The notes beneath the pieces were generated by a model. That model was not told the DNA's origin, ran no database searches, and saw only the letters and a program-made list of their open reading frames with translations. Position numbers and translations under genes: made by a program. Positions 36,294 to 51,000 of a stretch of DNA of 64,000 nt are shown here, piece by piece; the first letter of the stretch is position 1; every line of letters starts with the position of its first letter. The DNA is from Phallusia mammillata (Eukaryota), in the NCBI GenBank assembly GCA_965637545.1, contig OZ281498.1, forward strand, positions 21,700,001-21,764,000. Direction: 5' to 3'.

Positions 36294-37922
36294 AACTAAC
36301 GCATGTAAAAAAATTCCCGTTCTCACGTGATCATACTGTCTTTAAAGGGAAACTTAGCAAATATTTTACTGCAAATAAAAGGTTCTTCCCAGCCTTTTTT
36401 TCAACAAACAAAAAATAAATAAGCTTTAGGTATGAACCATAACTATTGGGCATTCACGTAGTTTACCTAAAACCGGATTTTTGCTTTAATGTTACTGTTG
36501 TAAAACATAAAAAAGAACATCATACAGTTTAACTGTCAGCCAATGTTCAATACATTTTAAAGTTTAAGAATAATTGATTAGCTTAACCGAAGCACAAATA
36601 TAAATTTAAATTAGTTCATTTATTCAATTTAATCTCTAAATTAGTTTTTCTCTGTCCTATTTAAAGTCAAAATATTTCGATACTTAGTAGGCTAAATATA
36701 CTATGTCAGCACAAACACATTGCTGGCACACATCACAACAAAGTCTGAAAAAACTTCTTCTTTCATTATGAAGTATAGGATCGATAATCTGGCGCGGCAA
36801 CGAGGTATGGAGCGCCTAATTTAAGGGCCCTTGGACGAGATAATAGGAGATCTCTACCTACATTTCTGTTACACAGTCAAAACTAATCAATAACAGACAC
36901 TGAGTTAAAAGCTATAATGAGTCTAACGATACGGCATTACTGAATATTTTTCTTTATATATATAATGTTATTTAACTGTATACTCAATACCGTACCTTAG
37001 TGTGCTCATTGTACTGTGTTTCTATTAAATATTCTCTTTGTAACGACCAAACGTAATTCTGTATAGGACTGTAAAGTTTTAGACTACTCTAAAAACCAAA
37101 AACTACGTCCAAATATTACAGTGCACACAAGGTAACGTATGGTTTGTCACACAAATCTAGGGATTAAGGACCTTTTTGTATTCGAATCATACCATTAGTG
37201 TCCATCGCGAATGGTCGAGAGAACTGCACTTCCTCTCAAGCCTTTATTGTTTCCACAACCAACAGTTTAAACTCTCACTAACATTTTTCTAATTACAACT
37301 TAGTTAAACCTCATCAAATGTTCAACCAACTAGGAAGCAAAACAACCCAACGCCAGCCAAGTTAATCCTAATGTTCCAAAGGTATTGTGACATCACAACA
37401 TGTCTTTCCAAAAGGCCAAGTGAAGCAAATATGACTCTGTTAGCTAAATACAGTCTTTCAATAGACTTACAAAGAATGCAGTTTGGGGCATAAAGTATTG
37501 TGTAGCACTTGGTGAGACGTAGTTTTGAGGGCACTCATCGCAATCGAATGCCATTGTTTCGAGCCTATGGTTCACGCTCAACGAGCCAGCAAAATTGTGC
37601 AAGTCGATTGGTAAGATTTTGTTTGAAACTTACCGATCAATAGACTTCACAATTTTCTTTGATTAAAAAGTGAACACAATTTTTTCTTGATATTGCATTT
37701 GAAACTGTTACTACTTTTTTAAAATACAACGCGTAAATACACATTTAAAAGTAACTTTGGGAAATATTTGGTTGTATTCTACGTTTGGTGCCTTTTAAAA
37801 ACGGTAATTATCAAACATTTCTTTTTAAAAGTAAATAAAGCACCTTAAATGCGGCAGGACGCATTACCCCAATTTAAAAAAATAAATTATGTTGGGCCTA
37901 TCTTTAAATTATTCCCAGCACC

Positions 37923-37936
37923 GTAGTTATGGCAAC
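37923..37936. promoter_or_regulatory. RFX X-box upstream of CFAP52
   Basis: GTAGTTATGGCAAC, ~260 bp upstream of the ATG of a motile-cilia gene. Confidence 0.6.
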
Positions 37937-38193
37937 AAAAAAGACAAGCTGTTGATGTGCCCCGCTTGTTTCAAAACGTTCGTTTTTGCTCATACAGTAC
38001 AGGATATTTGTCAAAATGTTGCGCTTATCACCACAAAAACAAATTCGTTAATTAGTACTGTTTATTTGTTTTGTTTGGCAATGTAATGCCTAGTGACAAA
38101 TGAATTTACTGGAGTTGGAATTTATCACAATGTAAGTTTTTCGTTTCAGAATCAACTATCTGTATTCAAACTGAAATATTTGTAAACTTTAAA

Positions 38194-41100
38194 ATGTCTG
38201 CGGAAGACGATGTTCCAAGACTGGAACTCCTGTCAACCATTGGATTCAATGGGTTGGTCAATGGCGGTCTCATTATTCACCCAGACAAGTAAGAAACTCA
38301 ACCTAAGCATTTAACACACGTTTTTTTTTTGAAAAATCAGGTCAATCTAATAGTTAAGATAAACGTAAGCTTAACTGGCATTAGCCCTGAAGCCTTAATG
38401 CAGGCCTATCATTTTAAAATCATAGAAGACAGGACGATTGAAGGTTGTTATACCAAATCCGCCGGTTACTAAGCATTCCCAAATTGCAAATTCGCTATGA
38501 GGCAAACCTAAATAGATATATGTATATTTCCAAACAAAAAATACAGTTTAGGAACAATAACACTTCTTAACAACAAGTGGTTGATATCTTGTACTTCTTA
38601 AGTTACTAAGTCTGTGCGGTAAACCTTGGGTGACTTATGTTTTTTTAAACCTGTTTTAAGAGAACATATGGTCTATCCACTGGGCAACACTGTGATCGTG
38701 CGCAACCTGAATACAAACAAGCAAGATTTTCTAACTGGTCACACCAACACAGTGTCATGCCTGGTTGTATCCAAGAGCGGAAAATATATTGCATCTGGAC
38801 AGGTTTGTACTGGCAATTTTTAAATACAAAAACCATTTGTTGTAATAACAATTTTAAGGTAAAAATGTGTAACATTTGTGGTAAGTCTGTCCCAAGGTTG
38901 TCTGCCTCTTTTCATTGTTTTGTACAGATAGGTTGATTTTAGTTTCAAATTGGCCCATCAGTTTTTTCTTAGTAGGAGTAAGGATGATCAAAGTTTGTGG
39001 TGATAAAAATACAAACAACCAAAATAATTTATACCCAAAACCAGGAAATTGCAGTTATGACTCTACTAAACTCCATTTTTATATATTTTTGATCACATAA
39101 TCATTTTATACTGCAACCCTAAGGTTAGGATTCAGTTGTATTGTTGAAGTTCAGTTGTATTTTTAAGGTATCAACACACACCACTATAATTTCTACTTTA
39201 TATGCATATACAGGTCACACATATGGGATTCAAGGCAGCCATTATGGTGTGGGATTATGAGAAGCGATGTCTAAAATACCAATTGATACTTCATAAAGTG
39301 AAAGTTGAAGCTCTTGCTTTCTCTCCCAATGAATTGTATTTGGTTTCCCTTGGTGGACAAGATGACAATTCAGTGGTTGTTTGGAATCTGCAAACAGCAG
39401 AAGCAGTAAGCCTTTTATTGCATTTATTTCAAGTTACAAAATCTGTTGCTCAAGTTGTAATTTGTCTTACCACACATTTCACACATCATTACCACACAAA
39501 GATGATTCCTTGTTAAATCGTCCAAACTTTTCATGAGAATAATCTAGTGCATCTAGAACAGAGCTCTTCAACTGGGGATCGCGGAACCCTAGGGTTCCGT
39601 ACAACCCTTTCAGGGGTTCCATGAACTTTAAGGGTTGCACGGGGATTCGCAGCGGTTTGTTGTAGCACTTCAAACAAGAATGATTTATAATATATCATTG
39701 TTTGAAACATTAAGACTTGCCTGTACCATCTAGTTAAGTTCTGTTAGACCATTGATCAATTGTGACGTAATAAATACAACCTTGTTACACTCGCTAAATT
39801 GCGAGATAAATGTAGAAACGACCGATCCAAATAACATGGCAATGCGTTTTAGTGAACCGTTTAATTGAAGTCAACCTTTGTGAGTGCTTTGGATGTGCCA
39901 AGTAAAAACGCATATTTTTCCTTTGATGTAGCCTACTTGTATTACATTCATTAAAATTATTTTATGGAGGTTCTGCAAAGTTTGACAAAATATCTTAAGG
40001 GTTCCGTGCCACTGAAAAGGTTGAAGAGCACTGATCTAGAATATACAGGATCACTTGGTGCACTTTAAAATCGATTGGTACACCTTTATGTCCTTGGTTC
40101 GTCTTTTTCCACTTGGTGCACCTTCATATGGCTTGGTTAACCTTGTTCAAACAGTGCCATAGTAACATGCAACAGTGACATAGTAACATGTAATATTAAG
40201 GGGCACCCAAAGTATTAATATTAAGGGCAGTGATCCTGCATGTGACAAATCACCTGACAAATCAAAATGTTTTTCAACTAACAATAGGCGACAGTTTTGG
40301 ATTGTGCAAATGGCCACAGTTTTGGATTGTACAAATCATTTTGCAGTTAATTGGATTAAGTTGAACTGTTAGCATTAACCTTGGGCAATAATGGCACCAA
40401 ATATCATATATCAGTAGAGAAAGACATATAAACCTTATCATACCTTCATAAACACCAATAACCAACTTGAAAAGTAGCTTGACATATTGCAGAAACTGAT
40501 AGGGTTAAATCTCCATTTTCTGTTAAAGTTGTTTGTTCCACAGCTGCTGTTATTATCAGTACAAAATAACACCATGATTGTAAATAATCCATATGTTCAA
40601 AAAATTTGTACTTTCTTTACCAGGTTTGTGGATCACCAGCTGCTGTGCAATCTGCTGGTACAACATTTACTGTTAAATATGCAAGCAACAGTGATGATTT
40701 GTTTGTGACTGCTGGGGATGGCACCCTTCGTGTGTGGGAGCTCGATCTGCCCAATCGCAAAATCAGGCCACAGGAATGCAACTTGGGGCAGTTAAAAAGA
40801 ATTGTCAAATGTGTTGAGGTAAGATAAACAGCTAGTTTTCACAAGTAGTAATTCTGAAACCAAAATGATAGTGATTAGCAGGATATGCTTTAAAAACGAG
40901 TTGGTATTTTTTACTGCATAGACTTTTGTTCAAAGACAAAATGTAAGGTGCTTAAAGAAAAATGCAGTAATTGATACAGTTTAATACAGTTTTTTTTTTA
41001 AATACAGTTTTACAGTAATGATATTTTAGTATATACTGTAAATTGACCTGAAAGTATTTCATTGTGGAAAAGCTTCGTAAAACACTTTCCAAAATCAAAA

Positions 41101-44100
41101 CAACAGTGTTTGGCAGGGTGCATGAATTCCTTTGGGGTAAAAAAAACTGTTTTGAAATTTTCCCACAGTTGTTTTTCTTGTCAAAAGGTCGATGAAAATG
41201 ACGAATACTTTTACTGTGGAACAACAAGTGGTGACATCCTCAAAATTAACATGAAAACCAAGTTTGTGGCCAACCATGGACCAGCGAAAGGGAAATTCAG
41301 CCAAGGAATTGCAGACATCAAAGTAGGCTATGCTTCCAAGAGTAGAAATTAATAATTGAAATTGTGCAACATAATTAACTAAAACACACAACATTATGAA
41401 TGACTATTCAAGACATGCAGTGGTGGGATTCAGCCAGTTCGCACAGGTTCTATAGAACCGTCTCACGAAATTTTATGTTAGCATTACTAGTTACTGTCAA
41501 TGGGCTTTTTGTAACAGAACCGGCCGAAAAATATGACTTTTTTGATAGAACAGCCTGACAAAAAATTTGAAGCTCACTACTGAATACATGTATATATATT
41601 TATGCTGTAATGCAAAGTAATTTTGTGTTTGTTGCAACAAACTAAGTGACCAAAAAATAAGTTATCGCTGCCAGGCATAATGTATAAACCAGTGGTTCTC
41701 AAAACTTGTTTAAAATCGTTCTTCATAGGCGACAAACCACAATGCATTGTGACATTTAAACCCACTGTGATGCAACAGAGGTAAATTTTCAGTGGCAAAC
41801 ACATCACAATGTAGTGGCTCTTTATTATTGAGTTCCGATGTCGCAGCCCAGTCAAAGGGATTGAAATTTTGGTCCTGGACCAAACGTGGTTGGTATATTC
41901 TGCACCTTGTTTGGGTTGCTTGTTAATAAAAAAAGAACAAAAAATACCAAAACCTTCAAAGGGGTCTGCGATTAGCTTGACAGTACCAAAAGGGGTCCGC
42001 AAAGTCAAAAAGGTTGAGAACCACTGGTATAAACGAATGCTACTCTCCAGCAGCTTTATCATAAATACTAGATGTCCTATACAAGACACCTTCAAGAGGA
42101 TAATGCCATATCATAAAAGACAAGTTAACCAAAGTAATGCATAAAAATGGTGTAAAGTTTGTTTTTGCTTGAAATTTTTTTGTGTTTTATAGATCTTGAA
42201 GAATGGCAACTTGCTAATTGGAGCAGGGGATGGAACAATTGCTCTGGTGAATGGGAGGAGTGATAAATACTGTGTAATAAAGCAGGGTGATTGTAAATTG
42301 AAAGGTGCAGTTTCATCTATTGCACTTCGTGGCCAGGGACACCAATTCTTTGTGGGCACCAACAAGTCACAGATATACAGGTAAGCCTAAACAACTTTAA
42401 ATATCCCAAGTTTATATATCGAGATAAATGTGCGTAATATAGTAAAATGAGTAAAATGATTTGCATACTGTTTATCTTTTTCCAACATTAGTTGTTGCTG
42501 CCTGATTCTAATCCATTTTTACGACAATTTGCTTTATATTATCTGAAAAACAAAAACGATAAAGTTCTGAAATTTTGACAGTAAAGTTAGAATATCACAC
42601 CATCAGTTTGCACCTGTTTACTCCTGTACTTTAGCATACTGTTTTTATGAAATCTAATACAGTAAACCTTGGTTAAACTGGACCCATTTGGACCAACAAA
42701 TTTGTCCAGACCAGGCAAAGATCCATATTAACCGATGCCAATTAGTTCTTACCACATTACAAATCATTTGTACCTGAAGTTTTGTCTGAATTAGGTAAAT
42801 CCAGATTAACCGCATGCAACTGTTAAATTTCTTAAGCTACATTTTTTATTATGTCTTTTACACTGGTCCATTTGAGATAATAAAGTCATGACTTTTTTAT
42901 AACTCTAGCATTTTAATTCACAAATATATAGGCTACCTGGATTTTCTTTTCACAGATTCAACCTTACTGACTTTAAAGAGGATCTCGTTATGTCTGCCCA
43001 TTACCAACCAGTGCTTGACGTTGCATTTCCACTTTGTACATCTGATTTGGTGGCAACCTGCTCAGGTGATGATATCAGAGTTTGGCACACTTGCACTTCT
43101 CGGGAACTGCTAAGGATCTCTGTGCCCAACATGATATGCCATGCTATCGAGTTTATGCCGGTAAGTAAAAAAAAATACAATTTGTGTAGGTACAATGCCT
43201 TAGATAAGTGTTTTTTAAACCCCATAGACTAAATAAGTCTGCTATTTGCTTTGATAAGTCAGCAACAGTTTACTGAAATACAAATACTAATTTTTGGTAT
43301 CACCTTTATCTAAACGCTAAAAAAGCCTAGTTAACGCCAACACATGAACTGATTTGGCTCTGAAATGTACAATTTCTCTGTAGATTGACCACCTTCAACT
43401 GTATTTAAGACATGTTGATTGCTAAATGCACATGAAATGAGCATAAAATCCTAGGACAAAACGAAAAACGCAACTTGCAACTTGATGACCATAAACAGAA
43501 ACACAAACCAGCCCTATAAAAAAACCCGCCATATTTTAAGTTTCTACACACTTTAACGTACCACTTGCAGGACGGTCATTCCCTGATCTCAGCGTGGAAT
43601 GATGGAAAAATCCGCGTGTTTCTTCCGGAAAGCGGAAAGGTGTGGTACGTGATTAACAACGCTCATAACTCTGGTGTAACGGCCGTTGCCGCAACTTCGG
43701 ACAGCAAAAGGATTATTTCTGGCGGTGGTGAAGGCCAGGTGGGTATAACCTTGTATGCATGAAAATTTTTGTATAACATTTCAAGCTTATTGGTTTGTTA
43801 ATATCAGAAAAGTTATGCGTTTTATCCTATACCCGTTGTATAATTTGGACACAAAATGGCCTCCATAAGGCTCAATGGATTGGACAACTTGTGTTTCATT
43901 TAAAGCTTGGTGCGTATATACCTGTGTCTACTGTCTACTGCGCCAAATGACTCTTTCGTTGTACTAAATCAGGCCGGTCTCCCAAGCATTTCAATGTGGC
44001 AAGAGATAAGCGTGAGAAATACAAAAGCAACATAAGAAACGTCCAGCACCGGTGGGATTCGTACCCAGTGGTGAGCCCCCTCTAGTTTAAATAACAAGCA

Positions 44101-46480
44101 CTACCTGCCTCGTATTCTGCCGCTTGGTGGCTGAACCCAGTAATGAATATGTAAATCTAGTTTATGTAGTGCTCGTTGTTTTTTACAGGTCCGCGTCTGG
44201 GATTTGACGATCAATCCGTTAAATCAGAAGCTACGTGAAGCAATGAAAGAGCACAAGTCATCCGTCACCTGTATCAAGGTACAACAACCAAAAATAACAA
44301 TAACGGTTTAAAGTACACTATATATGATCACGAGTCACAAAAGAATTAGTATAAAAGATGGAAAGATGATTTGATTGTCACAAACAAAAACGCACAATAT
44401 ATAAATGTCTCAGTGCAAGGTATACACGTATATTGTACCTGAGTACTACTGTTTAAGGATACTACATGTACCTTTACATTTGTTTTAATATAATGAAGAT
44501 GTCACTAGTGAGGTGAATTATACATAAACACATCGTACACACAATTTTAGACTCGCAGTATAGAGTTTCGTGCTCAAAACCGCTTGGCCAATCAGGCATT
44601 TCAAAAACTGATTTGTTTCTTTACCCACGCTTTCGTTTTTATTCAGGTTGGAGACAAAAATAAACAATGTGTATCGGCGTCCTCAGATGGCACTTGTATC
44701 ATATGGGACCTTATTAACTTCAGCCGCAAGCAGATGGTGATGTCTAATACGCTCTTCCAGTGCGTCTGCTACCATCCAGCAGGCTTTCAGGTGATATGCT
44801 GAGACTGTTGTCAAATCTTTTTACTCTTAACCAGCACTAGGTCGTTTTCCTTCACTTGCAGTAATACACTAATCCTCGGCTAGACCGGATTCAGTTAATC
44901 CGGATCTTCGCCTAATCCGGACAAATTTTTTGGGTCCAATCGGGTCCGGATTAACCGAGGTTTACTGTAGTTTTAATTTTAAGTTCTTGCACAACGGGAA
45001 CTTGAAATTTGTGCAACATTAACTGTCTTTATTTTTTCCAATAAATCACCTAGCATTAGACTTTGAATATTAAGACAATGTGGTATCGATATAAAATGTT
45101 TTTCAATGTCCCCGTGCAAACGCTGTGTGAACCCTCTTTAAGTACCATTAACAAAAATCATATTAATGGGTCCCATTTCTGCAAAACACGGACATATTTT
45201 TCTGTCCAACACGATTTTTTAACACAGTTTGGTCAAAATAGAGTGATGTTAACCATTTCAAACTACCACACGCAACAGATACATAACAAAGTTTTGCACT
45301 ATGAGTTTTGACCCCTGTTGACCTATCAGTTAACCCACAGGCCTCAACACAAAAAGCATTATAAAACGCATATTTAAGTTTCATATTAAGTACAAGTATT
45401 TGATGTTAGTGATAAAAATAACGGCCCAAATAGACGTAAAAAGCGACATGCTATACTTTATTGGCAAATACTCGTGCCATTATCTTAAGTATGAAGGGCC
45501 ACTTCAGTTACACCCGTTTATATCCACTTGAGTCACGTAAAAGATCGATAAAAAGAAGTGCAAAATAAGAACAAGCATGCATAAATTTGTGTTGCAACAT
45601 TTGGTTGGATTCACTTTTTTCGTTGATTATAGATTATTACGTCTGGAACTGACCGTAAGATTGTTTACTGGGAGTGTTACGATGGCAACCAGATCCGAGA
45701 ATTGGACGGCTCGCAATCGGGCGCTATCAATGGAATGGATATCTGTCCCAGTGGCAGACAGCTTATCACTGGAGGGGACGACAAACTGATCAAGGTATGT
45801 AGTATAAATGACCACGCCAGTATTGAACAGGTTTTTAACCTATGGTACGCCGGAGCATTTTAGGTAGTACGTGAATAGCTTTTTGCTGTATTCAATTCGC
45901 CCAGATCAAGAACTGCAACTTTAACTGATCAGCCCTGGTTTAGGCGAAACTCGTGCCTTGGACATTCTTTTGAAATTGCAAACCTTGTACTAGTAAAGCT
46001 TTCTGTTTTTTTTAACTTATTAAGAAACATAACTGCGCTTTTTATTTCTCTGAGAAAATGCTCTTTGTAACAAAGAGTACTCTTTGGGTTGGTCTTGATA
46101 ACATTTAACAACATGCCATGTAACGCAAGTTTGGGGTCGTCAAAAATATTTATTTTAACTGTCAGGATTTTTCTTACCCTGAAATCGTAACCCTAGATCG
46201 CTATCCAATCCGCAAATAAAGCACCAATCGCGCTGTTTGGCATTGGGCACACAGACTAAGCGGATTTACTAATCAAGAGTAGACAAAATAACGTGATTGT
46301 GGAAGTTAACTGTCACATGCATCGCAGGTTTGGGATTACAACGAAGGTATGGTTACTCATGTTGGTCAGGGCCACAGTGGAAACATAACCCGGGTGAAAA
46401 TGTGCCCGGAACGTCGTTACATCGTAAGTGTTAGCCGCGACGGGGCTATCATTGTCTGGAAGTACCCCCAAAGCTGTTGA
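38194..46480 (+). CDS. CFAP52: Cilia- and flagella-associated protein 52 (WDR16), 12 exons, ~622 aa
   Basis: Exons 38194-38288, 38661-38802, 39214-39405, 40624-40818, 41188-41322, 42193-42380, 42956-43160, 43571-43738, 44189-44278, 44647-44790, 45633-45794, 46328-46480. Characteristic LELLSTIGFNG, YIASGQVTHMGFKAAIMVWD, LRVWELDLPNRKIRP, ISAWNDGKIR motifs plus WD40 repeats. Confidence 0.95.
39559..40033. mobile_element. hAT-type MITE
   Basis: TIR CAGAGCTCTTCAAC / GTTGAAGAGCACTG; TSD ATCTAGAA. Confidence 0.88.
41418..41582. mobile_element. hAT-type MITE, inverted copy of the 13272-13453 family
   Basis: Shared internal sequence; TSD AAGACATG/AATACATG. Confidence 0.82.
41690..42026. mobile_element. 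hAT-type MITE
   Basis: TIR CAGTGGTTCTC / GAGAACCACTG; TSD GTATAAAC. Confidence 0.9.
42659..42822. repeat. Dispersed Tc1/mariner-like MITE family (other copies ~44870-44968, ~47819-47965, ~62583-62763)
   Basis: Shared CAGTAAACC..GGACC.ATTGGACC and CACATTACAAATCATTTGTAC blocks; TA-flanked CAGTAAACC / GGTTTACTG ends. Confidence 0.7.
43810..44125 (-). mobile_element. Possible tRNA-derived SINE in a CFAP52 intron
   Basis: B-box-like GGGTACGAATCCCACC on the minus strand (~44052-44066); boundaries uncertain. Confidence 0.35.
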
Positions 46481-47233
46481 TAACCCCATCAGACCCCCTT
46501 TTTCAACCCCGTGTCGCGATTTTGTATTGAATTTTACTCGTTCATGTGTTTGTGCGTTTATTAATATTGAAGACATAAATATTTTGAAGTGATTCTTGTT
46601 ATTTTTTGGTTTAAAATTTGCAATTGGCAAGAAGGAAAAATGTAAGCATAACATTTGTAAACCTATTCTATGCCTTTATGTAAGTTAAGCTGTGTCCAAA
46701 ACGGCCTTGTTTTTTGTAGTTTGTGCGTTTTTATGATTGTTTCTATCTGTGCGCCTTAAACTGTTCACAAATAAAGTTGATAAACTGTGGGTAGCCTACA
46801 TTCCACTTGACAAGTTGCCTTCAAAAATCAACTAATTGCTTACAGTAAGGCAGCGTACACGCCTCAAATCGGGACTTTTTAATCAAAGTAACGTTCCCAA
46901 ATTGCTCAAGGTGTGCACAGAAACTTATTCGCAAGGGAAAAACGATTAAAAGTGAGCGTTCCTAAACAGAGTGCCGTAGTGTAGATACTTGCTACTGTTT
47001 ATTGAGACAATAAGCAGTAAAGAAACATACATAGAGATCAACGGAATGTACATAGAATATACGGAGGTAAAAGGAACAACACTTGTATGGGCAAAGCGGT
47101 AATATACACCAAGCTAAAAGCTGAAAGGCAAGAAATGAGCCATATTATTGGGGGTTCCAAAAATGACCTTCCTCAAATTTGTAAGTTAACTTATACCGGT
47201 TAAATAAATGATACGTATAACCTTTATTTTAAC

Positions 47234-47735
47234 TAGAGATGTACCGAATATTCGGTTTGCCGGATTTATTCGGCCGAATCGGTCATTTTTGCAAAGATTC
47301 GGTTTCGGCCGAATAATTTGTTGCGATTCGGCCGAAACCGAATCTTTTACGAACACCAATTTAAGGCGTTAAACGTGTCTTTTCTGCTTAAGGTACCACG
47401 CAAATCTTTCAAAAGCCCAAACATAACGAAAATCGCGTCAATTTTTATCTTTTTCAACACATTATCGGTTTACCACTGTTGTCAAAAAAATAAGCAACTC
47501 ATTGGCAGGTTGCCAATCATGCTATTTTAAACCCCACAGAACTGAAATGAGGACGAAACACAACCATTCTGCACTAATTGCCTGGTAGATAAACATTTTT
47601 TCATGTCAAACGCGTAGCGTACGACTTCGCGTGACGTCATAAATGATTCGGTTGATTCGGCCGAATTTATTCGGCAAAACCGCCGAATATTCGGTTTCGG
47701 CCGAATCGAAATTTCGCCGATTCGGTACATCACTA
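47234..47735. mobile_element. hAT-type MITE with subterminal TTCGGCCGAA repeats
   Basis: TIR TAGAGATGTACCGAAT / ATTCGGTACATCACTA; TSD ATTTTAAC. Confidence 0.9.
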
Positions 47736-48061
47736 ATTTTAACCCTTGAGAAAAGTCGATTTTTCCCCTGGGGCCATATTTAGAGGTAAAATAACACATT
47801 TGATATACTTTGCAATATGTAAACCTCGATTAATCCGGACCCGATTGGACCACAAAAATTGTTCGAATTAGGCGAAGAACCGGATTAACCGATGTCGATT
47901 AGTTAAGCCTTCCACATTACAAATCATTTGTACTTCATGTTTTGTCCGAATTAGGCGAAGATCAGTTGTCCAAGAATAGGTGATTTATTCAAAAGTGGTA
48001 AAGTGTTATTTGACAATCAGGCTTCAAATACACTTCTTTCTGGAGCACCTGAAATTCGGTA

Positions 48062-51000
48062 TCAGCTGTAATACCCACTGGCTGAGTAACTTGGTGGTGG
48101 TTGGTTTGGGTGGCGGGTATGTCTAGGTCTTGTTCTTGGCTGATGATAATGCTGTTGTTTATGCGTAGAGCGAGAAGTATTGTCAGTCCGTCCGGCAACT
48201 TTTCCACGCGGAAGGGCTACGTTTTTGTGCACAGGTGCTTGTCTGGCGGGGATTGCCACTGCACGCAGTTCATGTCTGTTTCCTGACTTGCTCTTAGGCT
48301 TGTTGTTTTGTTGATTCTTGCGTTTTCTGCATACAAAATTGTTCTTGGTAGATGTGCGTTCAAAACATGCACTTTGCGGTCCCGAAAGGCCCAGAACCCA
48401 AAGTACAAGTCCGTAACCAAGATTTTGTTAAAATAAAACCAAATTAAACTCGAAAGTCAGATTTACCAAGGTGATATTGCTACACAAATATTACCTAGTA
48501 AAGTCAGACCCGAATCAAGTCCATTTAATTTAAATTGATGCCCAAACCCGACTCAACAAGCTCACCGGACCCACTTACCACTCTGGTTTATTTAATTAAA
48601 ATAACTTATTTTACTAATACGTTCGTTTTATAAAAACGGTACGAACGATTTTACTGATGGATTGTATGTCAGAAAATGAAACTTGTATTATTTAAACACG
48701 CTTAGTAATACATGAAAAACAAGGCACGAAACAATGTTTAATCCACCACCACAGGTGTGTAAACCCTATAATCTAAATTATGGGTTGGCAGACGCCTGGC
48801 GGGGGCCGTCCGAAGATGATTTACAACCACACGGGCAATACCAATACATTATGTACTCTATGTAAACGTTAGGATGACAGTGCAGGTGTTATTGACTGCT
48901 ACAGTACCACAAAGGGATGTTACTAAATCAGCGTCGTGATGACTGATCAGTTAAGTAGTAGTAGATCTAAATGTCCAAACAATTGCCTTTTTAATAAATA
49001 TGACAAAGTATTTATTGGCCTAAACCAGTATGTGGCGCAAAAATGATCTAAATCAGTGGTTTGTTTATCATAAGCTTATCGAATGAAGCTTAAAATGGTT
49101 CAAAATTGAAATACATTTTTTTTGGCCTGGGTAAAAAGTTTATGCATCGGGTGGTAAAAACACTGACTTAAATAAAAACTGCACAACAATAATAAAAGTC
49201 TACCAACAAATTAGCTCTTGTATGACATAGTGATCTGTAAAAACTTACCGCTTAATGCACACTGTGTAAAATATCAAGAATCCAATGCAAAGAACAATTA
49301 GGACACCGATTACTATTCCAGCTACTTCACCACCTGATAACATTGGTGAGCTTTTGCTTGAATCTGTTGAACCTGGATTGCGAAAACGGTTCCCTGGCAC
49401 CGGTCGTGGCTTAGGCACTGTGTTTAACAATAGAAACACTTCATTTAATTAATATATATTTTTAGAATATCGCTAGTTTACATATTAAAATTTGTTTTGT
49501 GACGAATATCGGGCCAAATTGACGTGAAAAGCGCTACATGCTTTATGATTCAAGGTTTCGTCGCTTTTTATGTCTATTTGGACCGTTATATTTATCAATA
49601 GTTTATATCAGTGGTTCTCAAACTCGGTTTTCGGGGCCGCATGCGGCTCCCAACTACTTATTTTGCGGCTCGCACCAGACCTCAGAAAACCACCAAAGGT
49701 TGCTATTTTAGCTTTTAAAGTCATAATCTTTAGTGATTTTATCAAGGTTTCGTTTTTTTGCGGCTCCCTACACACTTAAAAAAATACCATTTGGCCCCGA
49801 CAATAAAAAAGTTTGAGAACCACTGGTTTATATTGTTATACCTTTAATTTAATGAAGCATCTTTATTGATAAAGATTTCAGGCCCTAAAGTTGGTAACCT
49901 TAGCCCTTAGTATTAAACTTTCACAATAAACTAAACAACCGAATGAACTAAAAAGTTTAAAGTTTGTAGCTTGGTTTACCTGTCTTTCGGACCGGGGGTG
50001 TTTTTTTCCGCACTGGGTTTTTTCTTTTTTTATTAGGACGGTAGGAGATGGAAGTATCATACACATCAGGTCTGTTGTAAGACAAGTGGAAACTTTAACA
50101 CAGACACACCATTAAGCATAGTTGCAACATTGCTAAAATTTCCTATGTCGGAAACAATTGCAAAAACATGGATGACAATATGGTGCACCTCATATAGCGC
50201 TGTAATCAGTTTCGCAGTACGCAAAACAGCATAAAATAACTACCCTAATTTACCCTATGCTATCATTATTTATTTTAGTAAAAAGTAGTAAAATTTATAT
50301 TTTATAATATTTTTCTAGTTTTTAACCTTTGTTGCATTTAAAGCTTAAAATCAAGGTGTATCTTTCAAAATGTTCTTAAAATTGCAAAGTAGAAATTAAA
50401 CGTATAAGTACGATTTATAAACGAGTATAATTGCTATTCCAGCAGTTATAAATAATCGACGCTTTGACGTCCAAAATATGTCATTAAGCTGTTAAAGGCG
50501 TCTTGTATGGAAAGACGAAACGTCGATTATTTACGAAAAAGCTGCGGGTTTATACATTATGCTTGGCAGCAATAGCTTATTCACTAAAATTAACACTGTT
50601 TGCAATCGTATAAAGGTTCAAACAAGCATAAAGGCTTACATAGGAAGGTATTGTTCCTCGTGTTGGTTGTTAAGCTCCATATTTTTGTCATTGTTCTTAT
50701 TCGCGTTTACTTCATTGTTAATCGCGTCGATCGCGGCATTGTTGTTGCTATCCACCTCGTCGGGGCCACGAGTTGGGGTTGGGGCCGTTTGCGGAGGCAG
50801 AGTGAAACCGTTTCCCGTCAACCGATAAGTCTGCCATAGACCAGCAGAATCCCTCACTATGGAATTAAATAGGTTGTTATTGTTAGGTACGGTTTTTTTA
50901 GAGAATAAACTTGAATACTGCTTAGGTACAGTATTGTGAAAACGCTTTGTACGTTTAAACGTTGCTATTGTAATCATCAGTTTGCAATAGGGTGTATATA

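Noticed and set aside
41577-42144. 172-aa and 91-aa ORFs in a CFAP52 intron
   Set aside because: They overlap a MITE and lack transposase motifs.
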